Shown: positions 36,947-46,658 of the stretch, piece after piece | How the letters are laid out: each line of letters starts with the position of its first letter | Position numbering within the stretch: the stretch's first letter is position 1 | From: an uncultured delta proteobacterium | GTDB taxonomy: Bacteria; Desulfobacterota; Syntrophia; Syntrophales; UBA2185 | Reading direction: 5' to 3' | DNA length: 64,000 nt | Assembly (NCBI GenBank): GCA_963729715.1 | Contig: CAVSPA010000005.1 | Span: forward strand, 128,001 to 192,000 | Position numbers and translations under genes: made by a program | Notes under the pieces: model-generated | The model's database searches: none | What the model was told of the DNA's origin: nothing | The model's input: only the letters and a program-made list of their open reading frames with translations

Positions 36947-39900
36947 GTGAGAATTCCAATCTTCAAGTCAATAAGAACCCACCTGCTCTTATTGGTGTTG
37001 CTGTCAGTGCTGCCTGCTCTGGGAATTGTCATCTACATGGGGATGAACTGGCTTCATAGTGATGTAAAGGCGGCACACAATGATGCCCTGAGAGTCTTGC
37101 AAAGTCTGGCAAACGACCACGAGCGCACCATGGAAAATACCCGGCAGCTCCTCACAACGCTCGCCAAATTACCTGACGTGCGGAATCAGGATGCTGCCGC
37201 ATGCAACAGGCTCTTCCGGACTATACTCAAAGAGAACCCCATGTACACGACTATTCTCGCGGTAAATGCTCAAGGGATGGTATTTGCCAACGCCCTGCCT
37301 TTCACCCCTTATAGCGTAAGGCAAAGGAAACATTTTCAGGACAGTTTACGGACAAAGGATTTCTCCGTAGGGGAGTATATGATCGGTATAGCTTCAGGCC
37401 TCCAGTTATTTCCCTTTGCGTATCCGGTGCTGGATTCGAGAGGCCGGGTCCAGGCTGTGGTTATTGCCGGCATCGCCCTCGATCGCTACGGTCAGATGTT
37501 TACAAAGACAAAATTACCTGAAGGCTCAGTGCTCGCAATCTTTGATCACAAGAATGTGCGTCTCTACAGGTCGGGTGAATCGAAACAGTATATGGGGAAG
37601 ACAGACTCTCCTGATATGATCGAGCATATGTCATCTGAGCCAGATGAAGGACTCTATACCAGCTTCGGCGCCGATAGGGTCAGACGCCTTTATGCCTATA
37701 AGAGATTCTACATGGAAGGAAGTACATCGCCATATCTCTTCATGCGTGTCGGAATCCCCGAAGAGAGGGCGCTCGCCCGCGCCAGAAATACCCTGTTTAT
37801 CACAGTGACGCTTCTATGCGCCGCTTTCATTATCGCCATTACAGTAGCGTGGTTCCTCGGTAAAATGATTATCGTACGGAGGCTGAACAGATTGTTGGAG
37901 GCCTCACAACGGGTGGGACACGGCGACCTGACAGCTCGGACCAGCCTCAAGCACAGCGAAGATGAGTTGGGTCAGGTGACAAGAGCATTTGACGACATGG
38001 CAGGAGAATTGGAGCACAAGGAATCGGAACGCAAATCTGCCGGGGAGGCCCTGCGGGAGAGCGAGGAGAAGTACCGCAGCATCTTCGAAAATGCAGTGGA
38101 AGGGATTTATCGAAGCAGTTTGGATGGAACATATATCGATCTCAACCCTGCCTTTGCACGGATATTCGGCTATGATTCACCTGAGGAGGCAATGCATGCC
38201 ATTACTGACATTGGCCGGCAGCTTTACTTGGACCCCGAGAAACGCGACGAGTGCATTCGCATAGCAGGAGAGCGAGGTGAAGCCATTTTCGAGGTTCAAA
38301 TCTACAGGAAAGACGGCAGCACGGCATGGGTATCCAATAGTGTCCGGGCGATTCGCGACTCCGATGGAAACGTCACCCATTTCGAAGGCGTGGTTGAAGA
38401 TATCACTGAGCGCAAGCGGATGGAGGAGGATCTGCGGCAGAGTGAGGAGAAGTACCGCTCGTTGGCGACTACCGCAGATTCCATGTATCTCGTGGACAGA
38501 GACTACAGGTATCTATCCATGAACGATAGACATCTATCGAGGTTTAATCTCCCGTTGGATCTCGTCATAGGCAGAACTTACGGCGAATTCCACTCCCAAG
38601 AATCCACAAAAAAGTTTGTTGAAACAGTGGACCATGTATTCGAAAGCGGCCGACCTGCCCAGCTTGAACATAGAAGCGACAGAGACGGCCGGTATTTTAT
38701 TAGGACATTCAGTCCCGTGAAAAGTCTGGATAGCAAAGCGACAACAGCCGTTACAGTAGTATCAAAAGATATCACCGAGCGTAAGCAGGCGGAAGATGCA
38801 CTGAGGGAAAGCGAAGAAAAATATCGTACCATGGCCGATTCCCTGCCCCAGATTATTTTTGAGACGGATCTGCAAGGCCACTTCACATTCGTAAACCATG
38901 CGGCGACCGCCATGACCGGCTACACGCAGGAGGAATTTTTGACGGAACTGTATGCAGCGCAACTGGTTGCTCCTGAAGACCGGAAGCGGGCCCGATCCAA
39001 CATGGAGAGGATCCTGGCCGGGGAAGAGAGCGCAGGAAATGAGTATACCTGTTTGAGGAAAGATGGAAGCAGGTATCCGGTCAGCATCCATTCAAGCACC
39101 ATTACCCGTGATAATCAGGTACTCGGCTTGCGGGGATTTGTCCTCGATATTACCCAGCGCAAACAAATGGAGGGGCGCTTGCGGCGTGCGGAAAAGATGG
39201 AAGCCTTAGGAACCCTCGCGGGTGGAGTGGCTCATGATCTCAATAATGTCCTCGGTGTTCTCGTGGGATATTCTGAACTGCTTCTGATGGAAATTCCGGA
39301 AGAGCATCCATGGAGGAAACACGTTTCCCAAGTCATGCAGTCCAGCCAGAGAGCAACTGCGATGATTCAAGACCTCTTGACGATGGCAAGGAGGGGCGTG
39401 CTTGTTTCCGAGGTCGTCAATCTGAACGAAGTTATCACCGACTATCTGGAGACCCCCGAGTTTGAGAAACTGAAGTCATATCATCCGTCGGTGATGTTCA
39501 AGACCGAGCTTGGGAAAAGTCTCCTCAACATCAAAGGGTCTCCGGTGCATTTGGGGAAAACCATCATGAATCTGGTGTCCAACGCATCAGAGGCCATATC
39601 GGACCAAGGGGGAGTGACGATCAGGACGGAGGCCCGCTATCTTGACAAACCCGTCAGAGGTTATGATGAAGTGAAGGAAGGGGACTACGTCGTTCTGACT
39701 GTATCAGACAACGGAATGGGCATATCGGCCAAGGACATTGAGAAGATATTCGAACCCTTCTATACGAAGAAGGTTATGGGCAGGAGCGGGACGGGGCTTG
39801 GTTTGGCCGTTGTCTGGGGAACTGTCAAGGATCATAACGGATACATCGATGTGAGAAGCGAGACAGGCAAAGGGAGCACTTTCACAATCTACCTCCCGGC

Positions 39901-40330
39901 GACAAGAGAAGAACTGACCAGGGACGAGGAGAAGACCGCGCCCGCGCAGTACATGGGAAGAGGGGAATCAATTCTGGTGATAGACGACGTGATAGCTCAG
40001 CGTGAAGTGGCAACCAGCGTGCTGACAAAACTTGGCTATAAGGTCGATGCCGTTTCCAGTGGAGAAAACGCGGTAGAATATTTGCGAACGCATAAGGCTG
40101 ATCTCGTCGTCCTCGATATGATCATGGATCCCGGCATCGACGGATTGGATACCTACAAGAGGATTCTGGAAATCAACCCGAAACAGAAAGCGATAATCGT
40201 GAGCGGCTTTTCCGAAACGGATCGCGTCCATCAGGCGCAGGCATTGGGCGCAGGTGCGTACGTAAAGAAACCATATCTGCTGGAGAGGCTTGGCGTTGCC
40301 GTCAGGCGGGAACTTGCAAGGCAAGTATAG
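36947..40330 (+). CDS. Hybrid sensor histidine kinase (Cache-HAMP-3xPAS-HisKA-HATPase-REC)
   Basis: AHDLNN, DNGMG, GTGLGL, three PAS repeats and a C-terminal receiver domain. Confidence 0.93.
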   Translation: MRIPIFKSIRTHLLLLVLLSVLPALGIVIYMGMNWLHSDVKAAHNDALRVLQSLANDHERTMENTRQLLTTLAKLPDVRNQDAAACNRLFRTILKENPMYTTILAVNAQGMVFANALPFTPYSVRQRKHFQDSLRTKDFSVGEYMIGIASGLQLFPFAYPVLDSRGRVQAVVIAGIALDRYGQMFTKTKLPEGSVLAIFDHKNVRLYRSGESKQYMGKTDSPDMIEHMSSEPDEGLYTSFGADRVRRLYAYKRFYMEGSTSPYLFMRVGIPEERALARARNTLFITVTLLCAAFIIAITVAWFLGKMIIVRRLNRLLEASQRVGHGDLTARTSLKHSEDELGQVTRAFDDMAGELEHKESERKSAGEALRESEEKYRSIFENAVEGIYRSSLDGTYIDLNPAFARIFGYDSPEEAMHAITDIGRQLYLDPEKRDECIRIAGERGEAIFEVQIYRKDGSTAWVSNSVRAIRDSDGNVTHFEGVVEDITERKRMEEDLRQSEEKYRSLATTADSMYLVDRDYRYLSMNDRHLSRFNLPLDLVIGRTYGEFHSQESTKKFVETVDHVFESGRPAQLEHRSDRDGRYFIRTFSPVKSLDSKATTAVTVVSKDITERKQAEDALRESEEKYRTMADSLPQIIFETDLQGHFTFVNHAATAMTGYTQEEFLTELYAAQLVAPEDRKRARSNMERILAGEESAGNEYTCLRKDGSRYPVSIHSSTITRDNQVLGLRGFVLDITQRKQMEGRLRRAEKMEALGTLAGGVAHDLNNVLGVLVGYSELLLMEIPEEHPWRKHVSQVMQSSQRATAMIQDLLTMARRGVLVSEVVNLNEVITDYLETPEFEKLKSYHPSVMFKTELGKSLLNIKGSPVHLGKTIMNLVSNASEAISDQGGVTIRTEARYLDKPVRGYDEVKEGDYVVLTVSDNGMGISAKDIEKIFEPFYTKKVMGRSGTGLGLAVVWGTVKDHNGYIDVRSETGKGSTFTIYLPATREELTRDEEKTAPAQYMGRGESILVIDDVIAQREVATSVLTKLGYKVDAVSSGENAVEYLRTHKADLVVLDMIMDPGIDGLDTYKRILEINPKQKAIIVSGFSETDRVHQAQALGAGAYVKKPYLLERLGVAVRRELARQV

Positions 40331-40747
40331 CCTTTGCCATTCCGCATCTGCGGGATCCCCCTTTACAAGGGGGGAGAAAGAAATGGCAGGCTTTTCTTCT
40401 TTGTCATTTCGACATCCTTTTGTCATTTTGACCGAAGGGAGAAATCTTTTCCCCAATCTGAGAGAAAGATATTAAGATCAAGATTTCGCAGTCACTACGC
40501 TCCTTCGAAATGACAACTAATTTATTCTTGCTCACCCCCTTTGTGAAAGGGGGCGTCAAGACCCGCACAACATCAGAAAGCTCTTGAAAAATTAGTGATA
40601 TTTTCATTGCCTAAAGGTAGGAATATTGATATTAGTTAAGATTATTAAGAACTCTTCATGCATCATTTGAAAAATACCTCGCTTTCTAAAGACTTAGGTT
40701 CGCATCCTCAGAAAGAGAGCGAAATGAAAGCGTAACGGGAAGGATCG

Positions 40748-41596
40748 ATGGCACTCAGTGCAAAGGGTCAGCGCGGCGCGGAAAGCAAAACAGCCTGGCG
40801 GGTTGCCAAGCTGCTGTTATCGCCGTTTGCCGCCGTTGGCAGGACGGCGATCAGTTGGGTCAACAATTCAGGGGCCTCCGCAATTTTTTTCGTTCTCGCC
40901 CTAAGGAAGACCTTCTGGCACAAACAGCTATCCAAGATTGTCCAGCAGCTCTACTTCATCGGAGCGAGTTCTACGACTATCATCCTCCTCGTCGGCTTCT
41001 TCACAGGCATGGTCCTAGGCCTCCAGTCTTACCATGCCCTCGTCAAATTGGGTGCACAGGGGGCAATCGGCACACTCGTGGCACTTTCGCTGGTAAGGGA
41101 ATTGGGGCCCGTTCTCACAGCCATCATGATTACAGCGAGAGCCGGTTCCGCCATCACCGCCGAGATCGGCGTCCAGCGCATCTCCGAGCAAATCGACGCC
41201 CTGGACACCATGCGTATTGATCCACTGCGGTACCTCATCAGCCCGAGAATTATCGCAGCGATCATCAGCTTTCCCTTGCTCACGGCGCTTTTTGATCTCA
41301 TCGGCATCATCGGGGGCTACGCCTCCGCAGTGGTGCTTCTGGGTGCTAACGCCGGCACGTACTTACATCGCGTCCAGGCCAGCCTGGAGATGAAAGATCT
41401 CACGGACGGGTTTATCAAGGCAGTAGTTTTCGCTGTGATCGTAGTTACCGTCTGCTGTTATCAGGGCTATTTCACACACATGCGCGATGACAGTCATGGG
41501 GCCAAGGCCGTCGGCGTTTCCACCACCTCGGCCGTCGTGCTTTCCTCCGTGCTCGTTCTTGTTGCGGATTATATAGTGACATCGTTGTTGATATAG
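40748..41596 (+). CDS. mlaE: Mla/Mce ABC permease
   Basis: RELGPVLTA, RAGSAITAEIG, EQIDAL. Confidence 0.93.
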   Translation: MALSAKGQRGAESKTAWRVAKLLLSPFAAVGRTAISWVNNSGASAIFFVLALRKTFWHKQLSKIVQQLYFIGASSTTIILLVGFFTGMVLGLQSYHALVKLGAQGAIGTLVALSLVRELGPVLTAIMITARAGSAITAEIGVQRISEQIDALDTMRIDPLRYLISPRIIAAIISFPLLTALFDLIGIIGGYASAVVLLGANAGTYLHRVQASLEMKDLTDGFIKAVVFAVIVVTVCCYQGYFTHMRDDSHGAKAVGVSTTSAVVLSSVLVLVADYIVTSLLI

Positions 41597-41604
41597 AGAG
41601 GCCC

Positions 41605-42849
41605 ATGGATACTCCCTTGATTGAATTTAAAAATGTCACGAAGCGCTTCGGAAGGCGGACTATCCTCGAAGGCGTTAACCTCAAAATCTATGAGGGAGAG
41701 GTTACGACCATCATTGGACTCTCCGGCGGAGGCAAGACGGTTCTTTTGAAGCATATCATAGGTCTCATAAAGCCTGACGAGGGAACCATCCTCTTTCGGG
41801 GCAAACCACTCAACGGGATGAGCAAGAGCGAGGTGGATGCCTCACTTGCCCAGATGAGCTACATGTTTCAAGACAACGCCCTCTTCGACTCCATGACGGT
41901 CTATGAAAACATAGCCCTTCCCCTCCGAGAAAGGACGACCATGACAAAGGCTGAAATCGCCCGTAAGGTTATGGCAAGAATGGAGCAGACGGAGCTCACC
42001 GACTCAGCCCGCAAGTTTCCTTCCGAACTTTCCGGTGGTATGCAAAAACGGGCGGCTCTGGCCCGTGCACTGGTGATTGATCCCACTATTGTTCTCTTTG
42101 ACGAGCCCACCTCCGGCCAGGACCCTGTCCGGAAAAATGCGATACTGAGCATGATTGCCCAGTACCAGAGGAAATTCGGCTTTACGGCTATCGTAGTCAG
42201 CCATGAGATTCCCGACGTATACTTCATCTCAAACCGCATCCTTGCCCTCTACGGGCGCCATATCGTTTTTCAGGGTACTCCGGAGGAGCTTGAAGACTTC
42301 GACCATCCTTTTAAAGACGAGGTCATCCGCAGCCTGGAAGGCCTGCAAAAGGAATTGACGGGTCTGCACTCCAAGCGGCAGTTCAAGGTCATGTATCATG
42401 GTCAGATGAAGCGAAGATCCATCAGGGATACATACTGCGTCGCGGTCTTTAAACTGGATTCGCTGGATGCCATCGTCGCAAGCTTGGGCCACGAATCGGC
42501 ACAGGAGACTATACAGTCTATGGGGGTGTATATCGATAAGCACTTTGGCGCCATAGGGGGCTTTTCCACCCGCCGCAGCATTAATGAATTCGTTACAGTC
42601 TTTCCCTATTCGGAACTGGACGAGGCTGAGGATTTGCTGGAAGATTTTGTCAAGGATTTTCAAGAGCACGGAATTGGTGAAATTTTGGCGGGGGCTCGCG
42701 AGAGGACGGCACCGGGAACGTGCGTTGACTTCACTATCCTCGCCGGACTTGCCCAGGGACAGCCCATTGCAGAAATAGAAACAATTATAGCGTCTGCCGA
42801 AAGTAAGCAGAAAGAAATTGGACGGCTGCGGTGCGCCGTCGAGGAGTAA
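41605..42849 (+). CDS. mlaF: Mla ABC ATPase with C-terminal degenerate GGDEF-like domain
   Basis: GLSGGGKT, LSGGM, FDEPT; about 165 extra residues beginning LTGLHSKR. Confidence 0.88.
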   Translation: MDTPLIEFKNVTKRFGRRTILEGVNLKIYEGEVTTIIGLSGGGKTVLLKHIIGLIKPDEGTILFRGKPLNGMSKSEVDASLAQMSYMFQDNALFDSMTVYENIALPLRERTTMTKAEIARKVMARMEQTELTDSARKFPSELSGGMQKRAALARALVIDPTIVLFDEPTSGQDPVRKNAILSMIAQYQRKFGFTAIVVSHEIPDVYFISNRILALYGRHIVFQGTPEELEDFDHPFKDEVIRSLEGLQKELTGLHSKRQFKVMYHGQMKRRSIRDTYCVAVFKLDSLDAIVASLGHESAQETIQSMGVYIDKHFGAIGGFSTRRSINEFVTVFPYSELDEAEDLLEDFVKDFQEHGIGEILAGARERTAPGTCVDFTILAGLAQGQPIAEIETIIASAESKQKEIGRLRCAVEE

Positions 42850-42853
42850 GCAA

Positions 42854-43357
42854 ATGAAAAAGTACCTGATGGAGACAACTGTCGGCATATTCGTCGTGTT
42901 CGGACTGCTCTGCATAGCATATATGAGCGTAAAGCTTGGCCACGTATCCTTGATTGGCGACAACTCCTACTCAATATATGCGCGATTCACGTCCGTTTCC
43001 GGACTGAGAGTCGGCAATCCTGTGAATATGCTTGGTCTCGATATAGGACGAGTGGAGAGTCTTTCCATGGATCAGACAGATCAAAGGGCGGTTGTGGAAA
43101 TGCGAATAAAGAAGGATGTTAAGATTTACGATGACGCCATCGCTTCTATCAAAACGGAAGGGCTCATAGGCGACAAGTACGTCAGCATCGATCCCGGCGG
43201 CGCAGATACAGTCCTTGATCCCGGCGGCACCATTACGGAGACGCAGCCGGCCATAGATATTGCAGAGCTTATCGGCAAGTATGCCTTCGGCGACGTGAAG
43301 AAGAACGATGACAAGAAAGATTCTGATGCCAAAAAAAATACTGAGGTTAAGCCATGA
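42854..43357 (+). CDS. mlaD: MCE-domain protein
   Basis: SGLRVG and GLIGDKYVSIDPG. Confidence 0.93.
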   Translation: MKKYLMETTVGIFVVFGLLCIAYMSVKLGHVSLIGDNSYSIYARFTSVSGLRVGNPVNMLGLDIGRVESLSMDQTDQRAVVEMRIKKDVKIYDDAIASIKTEGLIGDKYVSIDPGGADTVLDPGGTITETQPAIDIAELIGKYAFGDVKKNDDKKDSDAKKNTEVKP

Positions 43358-43947
43358 AGCGACTGTTCGTCTTATTAAGCATCCTGATGCTCTTTCTCAT
43401 AACCTCTGTCGTGTATGCCGGCGCACCGATGGACGCGGTTAAGGCAAACGCCGACAAGGTCCTCGACGTATTGCGCGATCCGAAGCTCAAGGCACCGTCG
43501 GCCAAAGAGATAAAGAAGGATAAACTCCGGGCCATCTATACAACCATGTTTGACGAAGTAGAACTTTCCCGGCGGTCCCTCGGGATGAATTGGAACAAGC
43601 TGAATGCGGCTCAGCGTCAGGAGTTCGTCAAGCTGTTCGAGCAGGTTCTGGAGAAGGCATACGCCGACAGGATCCTGGCTTACACGAACGAGAAGATCGA
43701 GTTCACCAAAGAATCGGCGGTCGGAACCAACTTGGCGGAAGTGCGGACGAAGGTCGTCACCGCCTCAAAGGAGATACCTATTTCTTACAGGGTCATCCTG
43801 AAGGACGGCACCTGGAAAGTGTATGACGTTGTCATAGAGAATGTGAGTCTGGTACAGAACTATCGTACCCAGTTTAATGACATACTAGCAAAAAATACGC
43901 CTGAACAGTTGCTTGAGATCCTCAGAAAAAAGGTGACGGCGCAGTAG
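43354..43947 (+). CDS. mlaC: Periplasmic lipid shuttle
   Basis: WKVYDVVIENVSLVQNYRTQF. Confidence 0.93.
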   Translation: MKRLFVLLSILMLFLITSVVYAGAPMDAVKANADKVLDVLRDPKLKAPSAKEIKKDKLRAIYTTMFDEVELSRRSLGMNWNKLNAAQRQEFVKLFEQVLEKAYADRILAYTNEKIEFTKESAVGTNLAEVRTKVVTASKEIPISYRVILKDGTWKVYDVVIENVSLVQNYRTQFNDILAKNTPEQLLEILRKKVTAQ

Positions 43948-43991
43948 GATACAGAGAGCAACGACAAACCACTGAAGAGGGGCTCTTGCTG

Positions 43992-44957
43992 ATGAAATCT
44001 TCCTCGCTCGCGATTGTGCTGTTCGCCTTCATTGCCGTGGGCTGGTCGTACGCCGCACACGCCGCTCCTCCGCCCGCATCGCCGGATGCATCCTCCCAGA
44101 CACAGCCAGCACCGGCTACTCCTGTATCACCGGATACGTCCACCCAGGCACAACCCGCCCCGGCTACTTCCACGCCGGAGGAGACGCCTGCGAAAGCGCC
44201 GGAGGCTCCAGCTACGTCTGCGGAGCTCCAGGGCAAGACAGAAGACATGGGTGGAGAGTACAAAGAAGAGACCCAGGAGGAACAGGCGCCCGCGATTGCG
44301 GACCCCATCGAGCCCTTCAACCGGTCCATGTTCGAATTCAATGACAAGCTGTACTTCTGGCTCCTCAAGCCTGTAGCGCAGGGATACAAGGCAGTAGTCC
44401 CCGAAGATGCGCGGGTGAGCGTGAAAAATTTCTTCTCCAATCTCGGATTCCCGATCCGGTTCGTGAGCTGCCTGCTGCAGGCGGACGTAAACTGTGCGGC
44501 CACGGAAGTGGGGCGCTTCACCGTAAACACCGTCTGGGGCATCGGTGGGCTTATGGACCCCGCCGCGAGCAAGAATATAAATCTCCAGAAGCAGGAGGTG
44601 GACCTGGGGCAGACACTCGGAATATGGGGAGTGGGACAGGGTTTCTACATTGTCTGGCCTTTACTCGGATCATCCAGTGCGCGGGATTCTATAGACATAG
44701 CCGGTGAGTATTTCTTCTATCCCCCGTCCTATATGGGTGAGATCGCTCCCTGGTATGTGTGGCCCATAGTCAGGTCATACGAAGAAGTGAATAGGACGTC
44801 TCTCCGGATCGGCGACTATGAGGCCCTGAAGTCGGCGGCCATCGATCCGTACGTGGCGGTCCGCGATGCCTATGTCCAGTATCGCTGGAAGAAGATAAAA
44901 TTGAAGGGTGCACCGATAGAGGAACTTGCTCCGAGCGGAATGAGGATGGAGAGATGA
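43992..44957 (+). CDS. mlaA: VacJ/MlaA-family protein with Pro/Ala-rich N-terminal linker
   Basis: DPIEPFNR, DLGQTLG, DPYVAVRDAY. Confidence 0.9.
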   Translation: MKSSSLAIVLFAFIAVGWSYAAHAAPPPASPDASSQTQPAPATPVSPDTSTQAQPAPATSTPEETPAKAPEAPATSAELQGKTEDMGGEYKEETQEEQAPAIADPIEPFNRSMFEFNDKLYFWLLKPVAQGYKAVVPEDARVSVKNFFSNLGFPIRFVSCLLQADVNCAATEVGRFTVNTVWGIGGLMDPAASKNINLQKQEVDLGQTLGIWGVGQGFYIVWPLLGSSSARDSIDIAGEYFFYPPSYMGEIAPWYVWPIVRSYEEVNRTSLRIGDYEALKSAAIDPYVAVRDAYVQYRWKKIKLKGAPIEELAPSGMRMER

Positions 44958-45787
44958 CGGGCCCGGGCATGAAGAACATACGAAAATCCAAGGCAGGAAT
45001 TCATACGAAAGCGCTTAGAATAATCGTCATATCAGTATTCATTGCAGTCGTCATGCAGGGAATAGCCGCGGCCGGCGGACCTTTTGGCGCGCCTCAACCC
45101 ATCGCAAGAGAGACCGGAGGATTACATACGGCCATCGGCTACTGGCATCATGAAGATATTTACAAGAACGGCGCAGAATTCGTGACCAGGCAGGATCAGG
45201 TTTACTCGGAAGCGGGCTACGGCGCGCAAAATCGCTGGGACATATATGGGCGGATAGGTGTCGCAAATCTGAAAATCCAGGATGCCTTTAGCTCTTCAAG
45301 CGCTCTGACTACGACATCCAATAATGATTTTGACGAGAACTGGAAATTTTTTGGCACACTCGGAGTCAAAGTGTTCTATCCTTTCAGCAAGACATTCGGA
45401 ATGGGGGCATTTGTCCAAGGAACATATTCCTTCAACAGTCTCAAAGATGATGTTTCAGGAACAAATGGCGGCGCCCCTTATAGGGCGGTGCTCAGCGTGA
45501 ATGATCTGTGGGATGTGAATTTTGGTATTGGGTTCCAGGCCACAATTCCATTTGGTATACGGCTCTATGCCGGTCCATACGTTTACTACTCGGAGGCAAC
45601 GGCGTCTTTGTCCGCGAACGTACCGGATCTTCAATTTTCAACAGCGGATACTACGATTAAGAATAAGGCGAATACGGGAGGGTTTGCAGGAATCGACCTG
45701 CCTCTTGCCAAGGGATTCCGTATGAACGTCGAAGGACAATATTCCGAGAGATTGTCTGCCGGCGGCGCAATCACCTACACCTACTGA
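44954..45787 (+). CDS. Outer-membrane beta-barrel protein
   Basis: Signal peptide, amphipathic beta strands, C-terminal aromatic (ITYTY). Confidence 0.7.
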   Translation: MTGPGMKNIRKSKAGIHTKALRIIVISVFIAVVMQGIAAAGGPFGAPQPIARETGGLHTAIGYWHHEDIYKNGAEFVTRQDQVYSEAGYGAQNRWDIYGRIGVANLKIQDAFSSSSALTTTSNNDFDENWKFFGTLGVKVFYPFSKTFGMGAFVQGTYSFNSLKDDVSGTNGGAPYRAVLSVNDLWDVNFGIGFQATIPFGIRLYAGPYVYYSEATASLSANVPDLQFSTADTTIKNKANTGGFAGIDLPLAKGFRMNVEGQYSERLSAGGAITYTY

Positions 45788-45884
45788 ACGCCGCATCAGC
45801 AGGACCAAGGTCCTGCACTACATTTCATTGATTGCTTTTCACGGAATGACAAAACGCAGACTTTCAGGTCTGCCGTATTTCTGC

Positions 45885-46619
45885 CTACTTCACGAGCGCC
45901 TTCTCCAGGTTCGCTCCCGCTTCCCGAAAATCCGGTTTTATTCGGATTGCCTCACGGAAATGCGCAACCGCTTCGTCCGACCTTCCCAGTTGTGCTAATG
46001 CTATGCCCATGTTGTTGTGGACTGCCGCAACATCAGGTGGTATCTTGAGGATACCGGCATATTGAGAAATGGCCTCTTCCAGTCTTCCCTGCCGAGCCAA
46101 CGCATTGGCAAGGTTGTAGCGCGTTTCAAAATCGTCCGGACTGATTCTCAAGGCTTCTTCATAATGGGGGATGGCCCCGGTGAACCTTCCCCGTTCCGCG
46201 AGCCAGGCAACGGACTCAATATGGAGGGGGTGAATGGCGAATACGGCCGCTACAAAGGCGCTCTTCCAGAGTCCTTTGGTCATCCTGTGAAGAACGAGGA
46301 AGAGCAAGACGGTGTTCGCAATATGAAAGAAAAGGTTTACCAGGTGATGTGGGCCCGGCTTCAATCCGAACAACTGACAATCCAACATGTGGGAGAGCCA
46401 GGTCAGAGGATGCCAGTTGCTTGCATAAAGGGTCGTAAAGGCTCAGTGCACATTCTCAGATGTCATACCGGTTCGCACGTGGGGGTTTCCAGTTACATAT
46501 TGGATGTCATCGAGGTTGATGAAATCGTGTTTGCCGACCTGCCAGAATACGGCAACGGTGATGAGGACGAGAGATAAGGAAATAATGAGGTCACGATGGA
46601 TAGGCTTTAGTTTGTGCAT
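45885..46619 (-). pseudogene. Decayed paralog of the adjacent TMTC-like TPR glycosyltransferase
   Basis: Starts MHKLKPIHRDLII like its neighbour; TGA at 46443-46445 where the paralog has Trp; large in-frame deletion joins ESVAWLAER directly to the TPRs. Confidence 0.85.
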
Positions 46620-46658
46620 GATTAGTAGGTATGTGGCACCGGCTCCAGGTCTGCCTTA

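Noticed and set aside
46443..46445. TGA as selenocysteine or Trp recoding
   Set aside because: It aligns to Trp, not Cys; the gene also has a large deletion; TGA is used as a normal stop elsewhere in the window.
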